NCBI GenBank assembly: GCA_965287045.1
Contig: OZ336888.1
Span: forward strand, 17,670,001-17,734,000
DNA: 64,000 nt
Direction: 5' to 3'
DNA from: Carcharhinus amblyrhynchos
Lineage: Eukaryota
Within the stretch, counting starts at the first letter, position 1. Every line of letters starts with the position of its first letter. A model generated the notes under the pieces. That model saw only the letters and a list, made by a program, of their open reading frames with translations. It ran no database searches and was not told the origin of the DNA. Made by a program: the position numbers and the translations under genes. Below, in pieces: positions 1-13,542 of the stretch.

Positions 1-589
1 TGGATGGTTCCGAGTGCAGGGCAATTGTCTGGGAAGTTTGGGGATGGGAGATGGGGGTGCGACAGAGGTGGGAGGGATTCTCCAGCACATTGTCCCCCCA
101 CTGCCCCCAGATATACTGCCTTGGTGTTGGGAAGTTACAGCCTATTTACTTATAATTTAACGACTATTGTGGATGTTCAACAGAAAACGTAAGTGGGATC
201 AAATAATCAGTGTAAAAATCTTCCAACATTGAGGCAACGCTATAAGGCTTTGAAGTGTGTAAGTAGGTTGCAAATGCATAACCTCTAATTCTTGCGTTTA
301 TCACTTTAATGCCTCTGAGCCACAGTTAACTAAACACTTTATAGCTCATATAAAAGTCATACTTCATGGCTTGCATCAACCAGCTTTTTATAGATTTGCA
401 GCCATTTCAAATCTGTCATGCCAATTTTCTAACTGTGCGATACAGTGCTGGCTGCTTTCGTTTACTGTCAGTGTAGCAACTGTTGGGGTTGTAACAGCAT
501 GAGTACACTACAGTGCTGGGAATGCAATCATTCACTGTAAAAATAGATGGTACAGTCAGAAGGTAAAATAATCCAGATGTCAGGCAAAT

Positions 590-795
590 CTGTGGCATTC
601 ACTGCCACATAAAGTAGTTGAGGCCCAAACATTGTGTGATTTCAAGAAGAAATTAAATATAGCTCTTGGGGCTAAAGGGATCAAGGGATGTAGAGGGAAG
701 GGGGGTGATCAGAATATTGAATTTGATGGTTAGCTATGATCAAAATGAACAGCGAAGCAGGCTCAAATGGCCTACACCTGCTTGTATTTTCTAAA
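590..795 (+). mobile_element. CR1/HER1-like LINE 3' fragment
   Basis: Degenerate W..LP..VVEA..L..FKKKL ORF2 end plus a typical 3'UTR ending ggcctacacctgcttgtattttcta. Confidence 0.7.
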
Positions 796-1526
796 GGTGC
801 AGCAAAATAAAAGAAATGAACAAATTGCAGAGAAAAAAATCATATGAACAGTGAATGAAATAATAAATAAAAACTACAAGGCAACTACAAAGACAAAGTC
901 AAGGGTAACTGAGAGCTGTATAGAAGTATGACTAATTGGAAGCATATGCCCAATAAAAGCAATCTCTATTATGAAGTTTTTTGTGTTCACTGAAGCAGTA
1001 ACTTCCTGAAGACTGCCGCACTCACACTCCTGTTTAGATAAGCATATTTAGATATTTAAAAAAAAAAGAATAAACAAATCGCAGGGGTAGAACATATTAA
1101 AAATTTGGTCATTTTTAATATCTAAAAATTACCAAAAAATACGTCGAAAATTTTAATGAGATGACTGAAACAAAATTGTTGGCAGCTTCAGAAGGTTTTA
1201 CAGCCAGATTCACCACAGTAGAGTCAAGGAACAGTTAAATTCATTGAAGCATAAACTTGATCAGGTAATGGCAGATTTGTTGAACGGTTTCTTCACATTG
1301 GATTTCACAGAAGAGCACTAGAGATACATTCCTATCACAGTAAGCAGAGCTAAATAAAGAATACGCTATGCAGAAACTTAAAGGATTAAATATCCATTCT
1401 GCTTCTAAGCTAGATGCGTTGTACCTTAAATAGAAAGTACTGTATTGCTGAAGAAAGAGATATGCTGTTGAAACTTTCTGTCTTATACTCATTGGGATAA
1501 ATTTGCAAGAAATACCAGTTGCAATT

Positions 1527-1764
1527 GGGATGACACGGTGGCAAAGTGATTAGCACTGCTGCCTCACAGAACCTGGGAGCCAAGTTCAATTCTATCTCGG
1601 GTGACTGTCAGTGCAAAGTTTCCTCTGGATGCTCTGGTTTCCTCCCACAGTCCAAAGATGTGCAGGTTAGGTTGATTGGCCATGCTAAATTGCCCCTTAG
1701 TATCAAGAGGATTAGCAGAGTAAATGCAAGGGGTTACGGGGATAAAGGTTATGATTCTATGATT
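1527..1764 (+). mobile_element. HE1-like V-SINE (internally deleted)
   Basis: tRNA-like head tagcactgctgcctcacag; core ggtttcctcccacagtccaaagatgtgcaggttagg; gattctatga tail. Confidence 0.85.
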
Positions 1765-3128
1765 ATAAGGGAACAACAATTTATACTGCATGACAAAAAA
1801 GGATGATTGGCAGTTAGAGTCTGATAGGGAGGGATGTTGCCATGGACAATACACCATGGGAAAAGTTAGCTGCTAAGCTTTTGTTTAAAATCAAACCAGG
1901 AAGGATGACTCTGATTGGCCAAGGCATTGCCCTGGGCAATAAACCAGGGAATGACTGTCACCCAAGTTTTTGATTAATTGAAAAAGATGCAATGTGTGGA
2001 CATGCTCCATCTGTCTGCCAAATACAGGGACTCGTATGGGAATAGATGTAGTTTCTAATACACACAAGTGGACCACATTGTTGGTTGAACGCACAGGGCT
2101 GTACGTTTTATTCCTGTTTTAATGGGAAAGGAATGGTGGAGCAGGGATAGAATCGCACAGGAATCCCGAAACAGCTTTTATGACACTGGGAGTTCCCATC
2201 ATGATTGTCCCCTCCCGCACCAATAACGTGACAGGAATCATGACTTTAAAAAATGTTCCATGAGGGTTTGCGTTGTGGGGTGGGGTGGGGGCAGAGTGGG
2301 AGAGGAGGGGGAGTGTTTCACTTTTTATTTCTTTACATCAGGCCATCCTTTTCATTTAAAAGCTGCAGTTGCTGGCAGGTAAGGTGGGCTCAATCAGCCA
2401 GCATGACATCATCTGGCCCTTTTGTTTTTTTTGCCAAAGTATCTAAAAATATAAAAGTAAAGCTTTTCTGCTTTTCCCCCCTGAGGTGGCACTTTGCCAA
2501 AAAATGGCAAAATTGCATCCATGACCTTAAATTAGCTATCAGTGTAATTCCTAGCACAATCAGGATTGTTTAGCAAGTGTTGTCCATTCACAGAATCACA
2601 TCTAATGTTGGGCACCACGTTTTGAGTTTCGCAAGCTGGTTATGGTCAGTACTTTGCCTGTTGCAGATAGCTAAAGGGACATTTTGTTTAAAGTGATGCC
2701 TTAGTCATGGGATGTACAACTTCCATAACTGGCATTACACTGGCACTAAATCTCATATACCACAATATTAATTTGTGTGATGGCAGAACTTCTTTTGGCT
2801 TGACAGCAGCATCCTGTTAGTGGAGAAAACCACTTGAGTTGCTACTGTTTGGTAACAGTGTGAAGCAGCTAGCCTGTTGTTCAAATTTTTAAGATCCCTT
2901 GTCCATCATCTGAGGTGGACTGAACACTTCTCAGGGCTTAGGCCCATTCATGAGTTGGCACGATGTACAGCAATGATCTGACCGGGGTATACACTAGTCT
3001 ATAGCTGTCATTTTCAGTCCTATAAAGTGTCCAGTCCCATCAAAGTGCAAGTCCTGTACTTTCATCATAAAGGTGCAAAAATCCTTCACGGCATATGTGG
3101 AAAATGTGCCCAACTTTTGGTTGGCCCA

Positions 3129-3427
3129 GGGGTACAGAGATTAGCACTGCTGCCTCAGAGCACCAGGGACCCAGGTTCAATTTCGGCCTGTGTGGAGTTT
3201 GCATGTTCTTCCTGTGTCTGGGTGGGCTTCCTCTGGATGCTCCGGTTTCCTCCCACAGTCCAAAGATGTTCAGGTTAGGTTGATTGGCCATGATAAGTTG
3301 ACCCTAGTAACAGGGGGATTAACAGCGTAAATGTGTAGAGTTCTGGGAATAGGACCTGGTGGGATTGTAGCCAGTGCATTCTTGATGGGCCGCATGGCCT
3401 CATTTTGTACTGGAGGAATTCTATGAT
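3129..3427 (+). mobile_element. HE1-like V-SINE
   Basis: Same head, core and tail motifs as the other copies in the window. Confidence 0.85.
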
Positions 3428-4117
3428 GCTATTCATGTCACAGATCTTGTCACAGATAAAATAGAGTGTAATGTGTGTGTCTTGGGCAGTCCATACATAC
3501 ATGGATGCAATGAGCTGTGAGGATGAATCCTAATATACTGGCAGCCTGTTACTCTCACACAAGTCCAAGAAGTGTTTCTATAGCTTGCTTTCAGGCAGAG
3601 TTGTCTGACCATGCCTAGCAGCAGGTCCAATGGATACAAATTTAGACCTGTATTTAAGAATGGTGTACATTTAGTTGATACAGCCACACTTTTTAAAGCT
3701 GACTCTTTCACTTCCTTTGTTGGGATCCATCCCCTGCTCAAATTCATCTTTGAAATGAAGCTGTCAAACAAGCTTTTCTTTTCTTTCCTTTTCTGACTTT
3801 CCTCATTGTGTTAGTTGAGAAATCTGTCAATGAGTTCTCTATTACTGTCCACCACAAGCCCACCTTCCCTGGTTAATATGTACATTCTGATTCCTACAGT
3901 TCTACAAATGATAAGGCTAGTTATCAGAAACCATTTGCCAACTAATTTGCATTTTCATGTCATGCAGTTAAATTGTTATTCCCTTTACAATTGGTATTTT
4001 TACAAATCTGGCCTGATGAGTGCAGGATGAAAAGTTTCAACTGCGTGCCTCTTTTTTCATCAATAGTCAATTATTTTACTAATGGACAAGTAGAAAGTAG
4101 AGTATTTGATGCTATGC

Positions 4118-4504
4118 CAGAATCCATTGAATCCCCACAATGCAAAGGCCACTTGAATCATCCAGCCTACACTAACCCTCTGAAAGGACATTCCTCCCAG
4201 GCCCACCTGCACACCAGCCCCCCACCCCACCCTGCACACCACCAATCACTGTAAACTTGTGCATTTACCTTGGCTAAGTCCCCTAACCTACACATCTTTG
4301 GGCACTAAGGAGCAATTTACCATGGCTGATTCACCTAATCTATACATATTTTGCATGTAGGAGGAAACCCAAGCACCTGGAGGAAATCCTCACAGACATG
4401 GGAAGAATGAGCAAACTCTACACAGTCACCCAAAATTGGAATTGAACCCAGGTCCAGGCACTGTGAGGCAGCAGTAATAGCCAATGTGTTACTGTGCTGC
4501 CCCC
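4118..4504 (-). mobile_element. HE1-like V-SINE
   Basis: Reverse complement of head, core and tail motifs. Confidence 0.8.
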
Positions 4505-4529
4505 AGTGATTCAAGACCATGGTAAGAAA

Positions 4530-4742
4530 TTAGCTGGACCAACCATATGAATAGGGTAAATACAAGAGCCAGTCAGAAGCTGGGAATTCTATGGCAAGTA
4601 ACTCACCTCCTGACTCCCCAAAGCCAGTCCGTCATCTACAAGTACAAGTTAGGAGTGTGATGGAATACTCTTCATTTGCCTGATAAAAATGGCTTCAACA
4701 ATACTCTAGAAGCTCGACACAGCAAGGTGATTGATTGGCAAC
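4530..4742 (+). mobile_element. Non-LTR retrotransposon (CR1/L2-clade) ORF2 fragment
   Basis: Degenerate ...IYK..VRSVMEYS... coding remnant; same family as 43330-43660 on the opposite strand. Confidence 0.6.
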
Positions 4743-6389
4743 CCAGACACCATGGGGGGGATGCTAGCGATAGTCGGGGGGAGGCCAGTGATTGCGGGAT
4801 TGGGTGCCTAACAGATCTCTCTGTGCTGTTGCAGAGAAAGAGCTGCGCATGTGCAGTGGTGCCCTCTGTTGTAAGCAGTCAATTTTCTGGCGAGCCCTGC
4901 CCCTCCCCCCCGTTGCTTGAAACAGATATTGCTTGATTTTTTGCTCAGAGTGGCGTAAGATTGGATTTTTAAACTTGCCTTAAAGAAAAGGAAGTGAACC
5001 TCTCCCATCTTTATGCACTTAGAATTTTTTTGGTAAGATTGTGCCCACGGTCTCTTCCTCCCTGTTCAACACTCAAGCACTGCATTTGTGAATCTTCTCC
5101 TTACTCTGCTGTTATGTTTTCCTTGTTTAGAATTGTAGCAGTGGTGCTGGGCAGCAGCCTGTTCAGATTCAGTGACCTTCCCCTTAAAGAGGACAGGCAG
5201 CCTTTAAAGAGGAGCAGGTTACCTACACTATGTGCTCTCTGGGAACATTGCTGACTTCCCTGCTGAGTGCTTAGGCAGCCAGCAGCATGGGCATTGCTCA
5301 CAGGAAGTAAACAACAATCATTTAAATGAGAAGGCAGTGTGAAATCTGTGTGCTGCCTGTCTCCATCACTACGGGTGTGGGAAGCTCGTGTATAGCAACT
5401 CATCTGCCAGAAAATGGCAAGATCCAATTTCTAACGCATTATGCCAAAGTCTCACCTCCCACCCAGGATGATGTCTGGCGTTAGATCGGAGTTCTCAGCT
5501 CCAGTGCAATGTGAGACAACACATACCATCCTGATGAGCATAACTTTTATGATTTACAAGCAGCAAAGATGCAAATCTGAGTCTGGGCAACAACAAGATT
5601 TATACAGTACCTTTACTGGTAATTGTGACCAAATTATTCCATCCACACACAACCCTAGGTATTCTTGATTCCTCTGAACCTTTAGGGGTCCATTGTCCGA
5701 GAATGACACAGTATACGTATTCTGGTGTCTGTGTAAAGTTCTATAGTAAACTGAAGGCTCATTGTGGTAAATAATTGCACTGTCTTCAATAATGTTGCCC
5801 TTGAGGACTTGCACTGACTGATTTGTTTAGTAGATGTTTTCACCTGCTAAATTTGAGTAATGTAGTATTTAGAAAGGGAATCAGTGGGTGGGATTTTGCA
5901 GCCTCATTCACCCTGGAACTGGAAAATCTCGCCCAAGATCAATAGACCTTTCCATGGTCCGCCCCTTGTCCGATTCGATTCCTGTGGTAGATGGGATAGT
6001 AAAATTCAGCACTGTGTTAGGACATTGAGCGATGCTGCCTACTAGTTTTTAAATATAGCTAAGAAAAAGACAAAGAACTTTTTCAGACTCATGTGACCCA
6101 TAAGATGATTCTTGTGTTTTCTCTCCTTTTCCCAAGGGTTCCATTCTGTAAAAGTGATCCTGAAACTACTCTTGAGTTTATTTATTAATAAAAGATTGGT
6201 CCTTTTTGCAACAAATTACACCCACGTCTACTAACTTAAAGAAACGTCAACTCAGGATGAATGGCCATCTCCTCTTAAAAAGGCAAATATTAATAGAATG
6301 GAAAGAAAATTGTCAAATAACACACCATTGAAAAATCGTGAACTATTCCAACAAGGCGATTAGTGTATGGCCTAAGCAAAACAATAAAA

Positions 6390-6640
6390 ACTTTGCAGAC
6401 AAGAGAGGAATCAATAATACAGTTAGCTTAGGAGAGGACTATAAACAAGTTCAGGGGGATATAGCCAGGTTGGCGGTTTGGACAGATAGATGTCGGGTGA
6501 AAGTTAATGTGGCAAAATGTGATACAATACAAGAATGAAAAAGGAGTGGGGAGGGGGGTGGGCATATGCACTAAATGGTGAAAAAGTTAGGTGTAATAGA
6601 TGAAGAAAGAGACTAAAGGGTTCAGCAACATATGGAGTAA
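6390..6640 (+). mobile_element. Old CR1-like RT fragment
   Basis: ORF 6338..6538 contains FADKR..N..V..GEDYKQVQGDIARLAVWTDR....NVAKC, resembling the CR1 RT region after the FADD motif. Confidence 0.6.
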
Positions 6641-7471
6641 TTTTAAACTAACCCACCCAATTAGAGACCAATGGGATAGAGTGTCTATTTTACAGCCAGT
6701 TCAATTTTACAGTCCATTGACTTCAGTCGATCGGAAAATCACGTGGTTTGTAAAACAGCAGCCAATTGCCTATCACCCATTTTTCTTTTGCCTGGTGATA
6801 TAAGTTCACATTATGCAGCATGTTTTTGCAATTTGTACTTGACTGCATTCAGTAACCGGGTTGAGAACAAGGAAAATACTCCCCACTGTGAATAATTGAG
6901 GTCAGTGATGAGAGAACACCACAAATTGGGCACTGAATGGAATACTAATGGAGCGTCAGGGCATCTTGGACATTTAATGCTTTGCATGCTGATGGAACTG
7001 AAATATTGCATTCTTCTGCATTCAGCAGTGGGAGGTAAAAAGCTCTACAATCTTTGAAGTGTCTATGAAATTGAAGAGGAAATCTTCCCGTCATAGATTT
7101 CATGACACTGAGTCTGAGTCTGATATATGGTGAGCTGTTATCTGTTCAGTGTATCAAAAATAAAAGACTCACACTGAAGGCCTCCCTTGTTGCCAACTGG
7201 TTCTGTCTGCCCTTTTTACAATTCTACGCTATCCCCATGGATCAAATATTATGACCCGTTGACACTGATGCAATATGTCTGTCAAAAAGCTGACATTGGA
7301 ACAATGGCTTCAAAAGTGTACTACCTTTCATTATATTTTAAGTAAGACTGTGCTGACTTTGACATTGATGCATTTTGCATTTTGTAAAACGGCAGCTGAC
7401 AAGAAAACACAATGAGATTTGTGATCAGCTATGGCAGTCAGGAGGTTGTGGTGAAGCCTGAAGCCAAGCTT

Positions 7472-7817
7472 ATTTTTTCTTCATTCGTGGGACATGGACA
7501 TTGCTGGCCAGCATTTATTGCCCATCCCTAGTTGCTCTTGTTCAGAGGGCAGTTGAGAATCAACCAATTGCTGTGGCTGTGGAGTCACACGTAGGCCAGA
7601 CCAGGTAAGGACAGCAGATTTCCTTTCCTAAAAGACATTAGTGAACCAAATGGGTTTCCTGACGATGGTTTAATTGTCATCGGTAGAGTCTTATTTGCAG
7701 ATGCTTTTTATTGGATTCAAATTCTGCCATGGTGGGATTTGAACCCCGGTTCCCAGAACACTAGCTGAGCTTCTGGATTAATAGATTAGCAATAATACCA
7801 CCAGGCCATTGCCTCCA
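7472..7817 (-). mobile_element. SacSINE1-like (Deu-domain) tRNA-derived SINE
   Basis: Shared with five other copies: ccagcatttattgcccatccctag...ggagtcacatgtaggccagacc...gtgggattcgaacc...gataatacca; family name from memory. Confidence 0.75.
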
Positions 7818-8825
7818 TGATTGAGAGAGCAAGTGTAGCTGGAAGATCAGAGAGATAAGGTAGCTCCTTTCTCATGCATACATCGTCAGCCTCTGGTTAC
7901 AAATAGAACAGAATTATAAAATGTAAGGGCAATGCTAATCCAATTTTGGGGTACGCAGTTGAAGTTGAGGATTTTTGAACAACCTTGCTATAGGAGAGAG
8001 CCAGATGGATGTGTGACAACTGAAGCTACGGCAGAATTCACTGAAAAATTTAAAATTAATTTTTGATTTATTTCATTCACAAGGGAATACTAGTTACCTT
8101 TCAAAGCAACTTGCTTGAAAGGAATATTCCTGCTCCACATAAGCATCCTTTCATGCAACAGGGCTGCCACTATTTTTAAATGCTAAACACGCTGTCTTTG
8201 TACTGTAGCTGAATCTACTGGAAGTTGATCTGCCTTTAGAAGTAGCAGCACAACATATCAAATATTAATATGGTATCTCTTAATAGGTCAGCATACATCC
8301 CGCAGTATTCTTGCATTTCAGTTCACTAGGCAGCCAAACCCTGCAAAGTTTACGAAAGCATCTGCTATCCACCTTGAGATCAGAGTCGACATCTTTAAGG
8401 CCTCATACAGCAATGAATTTTGCACAAGTCCGAGCTTAATTCTGGGCTCAAATTCCTTGCTTTCCAGTGTCTCTCCTATATTCGGTGAGTTGAAACCCTG
8501 CGCTAACTTGCTGTCCTTCTTATTGACTTGGCCTCTGCTTCCATGATGGTAACGATCAGTTATGTGGTGTTGAAACTGTACATGTTTGTAATGATGCTCT
8601 TTCTCAGACATGGGCTGCCGTTCTCCTGAATTAGAAGCAAGTGCCCATGGCCAGTGAGAAAGCCGGAGGGCTTCCCTCTAACATTAGCAGTGGGTGGGAT
8701 TCTCCCCTTCTGATGGATGCCAATTTATGTATCATGGACAACCCACTGGCCGACTCTACTGTTCATAGATCAGGCTGGAAGTTTCAAATGGTGCCTGATC
8801 TTCACGATTGTTTATTGGCCCCCGA

Positions 8826-9025
8826 GTGTGATACTGCACCTGTATATTGGTGACACACTGGACAGCCAGTGTGATGGTCTATCTGTATACTGGTGACATT
8901 AACTCTACAGCCAATGTAATAGTCCACCTGTATGCTGGTGACACACTGTACAGGCATCTCACAATCAATGTGATGATTCCTTACCTGGTATTCAGTAACA
9001 TTCAGGCACACAGCTGGATGTGACA
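8826..9025. repeat. Degenerate ~43-bp minisatellite, about 4 units
   Basis: Units like gtgtgatactgcacctgtatattggtgacacactggacagcca start at about 8826, 8869 and 8914, with a decayed fourth copy. Confidence 0.7.
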
Positions 9026-9638
9026 ATATGGAACCAAACCCTTCAAATCTGCCTTCACTTCCCACCATGGACACTGAATCATAATGCACGTATGTTGACT
9101 GAAACATCATACAGAGCTAGGGAAGGTACAGTGGCCCCTGTCAGTTACTGCAATGATCCTGGGCTTTTCACTGGGCAGCTTGGAGAATGTATGATTGTTT
9201 CTCTTTGAACAGGGAAGATTAAGGGAAAGTTAGAAATTGGCCTTGCCAGCGAAGCTCATATCCTACAATCAGTGATTTCAAAACCAGTCATTACTTTTTA
9301 AATCCGTTCTGCAGCGTGCACAGAAGTGTGTTCAAACTGAGAACCACCCTGAGTGTTTCTGGAATGTTGAAGAGAACACAACCTCTCCCACCCATCCCCA
9401 ACCCCCTCTATCCCACTCCCACAGTCACCCTTGATTCCCACGGCTGACATGGGACTAAAGTCAGCTACCAACTGCTGGACTGGGTATGTGGGACCCTGAC
9501 TGGATCACCCCATTGCCAGCTGCCAACTGCCAACTCAAGCCTGCAGTATGGATCACTGCCCAACCCCAACACACTTAACTACTTTGTTATGTGCTGGCTG
9601 TCCGTTTTGGTGACTGTTAGGGATCAGATCAGAAATAA

Positions 9639-9940
9639 GAGCAGCACAGTGGCACAGTGGTTAACACTGCTGCCTCACAGGGACCCAGTTCAATTCCCAG
9701 CTTGGGTCACTGTCAGTGCAGTGTCTGTATGTTCTCCCTGTGTTTGCGTGGGTTTCCTCCGGGTGCTCCAGTCTCCTCCCACAGTCCGAACATTGTACTG
9801 GTTAGGTGCATTGGCCATGTTAAATTCTCCCTCAGTGTACCCAAACAGGTGCCGGAGTGTGGCAACAAGGAGGTTGTCACAGTAACTTAATTGCAGTGTT
9901 AATGTAAGCCTACTAGTGACGCTAAAAATAAACTTTAAAT
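9639..9940 (+). mobile_element. V-SINE, alternative-tail subfamily
   Basis: HE1-like head and core; tail aaattctccctcagtgtacccaaacaggtgccggagtgtgg...cacagtaact..gcagtgttaatgtaagcctac. Confidence 0.8.
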
Positions 9941-11486
9941 TTAAAATGTGTGTTCAATGGAAACAGTAGAATTCTGAAATGTCTTTGTCACAAGTCCAGT
10001 GGGCTACTAGGTCAAGGCATCATAGAAAGTTTGGAGGAGATTGATTGGCTTTGATGAGATGAGCCAAAACTCTTCATCATGGAAAGGAAAGGAGTTTTTT
10101 CAAACGCCTTCTGCCTGGCCAAGACAAGATGGCTGTTGCTACACCATTCCACAGACATACCCACCTTCACAGGTGCAGAAATACAGCGACATCAGTCATG
10201 CTAGGTTGGTGAGAGAATGTGATAGGGAACCAGAGCCCACATCAATCTCTGAGAATTTAATTCCCCGCAAGGACACAAAATCCCCTCTTCTTCCCTGGGA
10301 AAACTCTTCACCGGAAGTCTGGATAGTGTGTCGAGCTGGATAGGCCATTGAAGCTTACAGTAGAGGAACAGTGAGATTAATATTTCAGCTGGGGCGGGTG
10401 GGGAATGGGGGCTGTAGATCGAGGATGGTTCAGTGTTGGGGAGTTCATCGGGGAGAGGGTTCACAAATTTACTCAATAGCTATTAGGGTCAATCAATCTC
10501 ATCCACAATGTTCTGGGCTGCTTTGGGAAACATGATTCTACAGATCTAAGGATGGAAAATATGAATTTATTTAGCATTATAAACTGAAGCTGTAATAATG
10601 GACTGTGTTAGGGTCACATTACAACATTCCTATAACATTACATTAACATAACTAAATCATTATGTTAAAAGCCCAATTTATTAATTTCCTTTGAGTTTTA
10701 TACAAGAAAAGGTTTCAGATTGGAAGGAGTTAAAATCAAAGACAGTCAAAGAAATGCACACTTCCTGGTTTCTGGACGCTAACCCATCCCGTGCTTCTAA
10801 GCCGCATCCAGAATAAAACACTAGAACCGTGCATACTTTGGTTTGGCAACAAACACAGTCTTCTTAAAATCACAGGGGAAGAGGGAGGTTTGTTTGCACC
10901 CGAGATCCTAATTTCATTTTCAAAATTACTGCAACATTTCTATCATATTATGATCACTCTTCCCTAGAGGATCCTTTATATCAAGATTAGCGATTATGCC
11001 TTTCTCATTGCACAATGCCAGATCTAACATAACCCTATTCTCCAGTTGGTTCCTTAACATACAGTTCCAGAAATCCATTTCTTATCATTTTAGCATTATT
11101 GCCAATTTGGTTTCCCCAGTCTGCATGTAGAGCAAATGAATGCACAACGTATTGCATAAGCTGGTACTTAGAAAACTCCATGGCACAATATTGGTGATGC
11201 CACGTGATGTCTGAAACTTAATCAAACTTTGCTCTGATTGCTAGAACTTAGAATCTTTCTCACAAATAGGATCTAATCGCTACTGATGTCATTTGAATGT
11301 ATCTGAGCACTTAGAATTAAGTGATGCTAAATGATCACAAATGATATTTCTTGATTGCTGCATGATGTCATTTGATGTCAACTGATGACTAATGATGTCA
11401 GTTGATCATTTCTTGGGATGTCAAATAATGAGCACTCTTTAGTGCCGATAATGATTAAACGATCTGTGAGTGCGGATGATCACAAA

Positions 11487-11863
11487 TAGAATCAAAGCCC
11501 CACAGGCCATTCTGCTTAACAAGTTTGCACTGACTCTCTTAAACAGCATCTTATCCAGGCCATCCCCTCACTCTGAAACACATTTTCTATGGCTAGTCCC
11601 ATACCCTACACATTTTGGAACACTAAGGGGCAAATCATTATGGCTAATCCAGCTAACCTACACACCTATGGACAATAGAGGGTCAATTTAGCATGGCCAA
11701 TCCACCTAACCTACACATCTTTGGGCACTAAGGGGCAACTTAGCATGGCCTATGCACTTAATCCGCTCATCATTGGACTGTGGGAGGAAGCCGGAACTCC
11801 CGGAGGAAACCCACGCAGACACGGGAGAACATGCAAACTCCACTCAGACAGTCACCCAAGGCT
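11487..11863 (-). mobile_element. HE1-like V-SINE with internal tandem repeats, 5' truncated
   Basis: Core motif plus about 4 copies of a ~50-bp unit. Confidence 0.8.
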
Positions 11864-12809
11864 GGATGCAGCAGAGTGCCATCCAAAACTTGTACATGAT
11901 CCCTGTTGAATGTTGTTAAATGCAAAAGTTGTCAAAGATTTCTGGTAGTATGGGCTCTATCTCTCCATCAGTATTTACATGTGGTAAACAGTGGTGATCT
12001 CAAGGGATGGAAGTTGATGTCAGGATTTTGCCTCCTTGCCTTCTGCCTAGTTCAGGCAGCATCATGGAAGAAACTTCAACTCAAAATGCCAGGCAGAGTG
12101 TTTCTTTATGGGCACTGAAATTAGTCTGCCATCTTTATATAATCAGGTCAGTACATACTAATTATAGCAAGAAGACTAAAATGTCCCCTGTCAGAAATAC
12201 AATGAATCTGGGCTATGAAAAAACATGAATCCAAATCTGTACCAACCCAAATAACAGCCATTTCTTTGAAAATCGTCAATAGATTAAATTTAGTTTAGAA
12301 ATGTGATGATCTGCGCATCCTGATCATACACTATAGCCTGGCAAACATTGGCAATTCTGGGAAAATAGTCATGTGTGACCAAATCCCTTTGTCCCCATTT
12401 AAATATGATTTTCCAAACAAATGCCAGGTTTGCTATAGTTCCAGTCTTTCCAATATTTGCGATTGGCACCTCAGCTTTTATAAAAGAAACAAGCCTTCAA
12501 CTTCATACAAAGCCCACCTGGAATATTCAAAATCCAAAATCTGTCTGTAATATCCTGAGAAATGAAGAGATCTTCTCCCTTTGGGAAGTTGTTTTCGGAA
12601 TACCTGGAAAACAAATATCTCATTAATTGTTTTTATACTGCACGTTACTTGTCTAATTAGCATTCACCATTCCCAAGTACTTGGACCCTTGCTTTGTGTT
12701 ATTATTGCGCTTTGGCATTGAACTAATCAATGATTTCGATGTGACTTATAGCAATAAGATACATCGGTATTTTCAACCTCTGATACACAGAGATAGAATT
12801 CACCATTGT

Positions 12810-13178
12810 TTTTTTTATTCATTTGTGGGACACAGGTGTTGCTGGTTGACCAGCATTTATTACCCATCCCTAGTTGCTCTTAAAACTGAATGGTTTGCTT
12901 GGTCATTTCAGAGGGGATTTGAGAGTCAACCAGATTGCTGTGGCCCTGGAATCACATGTAGGCCAGACCAGGTAAGGATGGAAAATTTCCTTCTCTAAAG
13001 GGCACTAGTGAACCAGATGTGTTTTTCTGACAATCGACAATGGTTTCATGGTCAACAATAGATTCTTAATTCCAGATATTTTTAATTGAATTCAAATTCC
13101 ACCATCTGCCATGGTGGGATTCGAACACAGGTCCCCAGATTAATAGTTAGTGATAATACCATAAAACATTGCCTCCCC
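12810..13178 (-). mobile_element. SacSINE1-like SINE
   Basis: Same family motifs as 7472-7817. Confidence 0.75.
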
Positions 13179-13338
13179 AATCAAAAATATTGTTTATTCA
13201 TACATTCAAACCAGGGGTGTTGCTGCAACGTTACCCGGGTCCCGAGATTAATAGTTTACCAGTAATACCACAAAACATTGCCTCCCCAGTCAAAAGTATT
13301 GTTTACTCATACATTCAAACCAGGAGGGTTGCTGCAAC
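13130..13338. repeat. ~108-bp tandem duplication (SINE head plus flank)
   Basis: 13130-13229 approximately equals 13238-13338. Confidence 0.85.
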
Positions 13339-13542
13339 TTTGTGCACACAGACAAACATGCAATAAAAAAAGGGAAGAGGAGCCTTTTACAACTGTGACA
13401 AACTTAAAAGGAAAGGAACCACAGTTATTAATACCAGTTCACATGACTGTCAGAGTCCTGAAAGTCAGAGGGTTCCTTCACAGACAACTTCAGCTAAATG
13501 AAAGATGAGATGCAGGATTCCTTTAAAGTTGATGGTGAGATG

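Noticed and set aside
1140-2100. Possible decayed gag/ORF1 with Cys/His knuckle-like fragments near 1980-2090
   Set aside because: Needs multiple frameshifts and stops, and no complete CX2CX4HX4C motif is present.
8318-8640. 97-aa minus-strand ORF preceded by an acceptor-like ttcag, as a possible alternative ANKS1B terminal exon
   Set aside because: The long frame is not phase 0, I recognise no homology, and the acceptor appears to lie in a short palindromic repeat-like segment.
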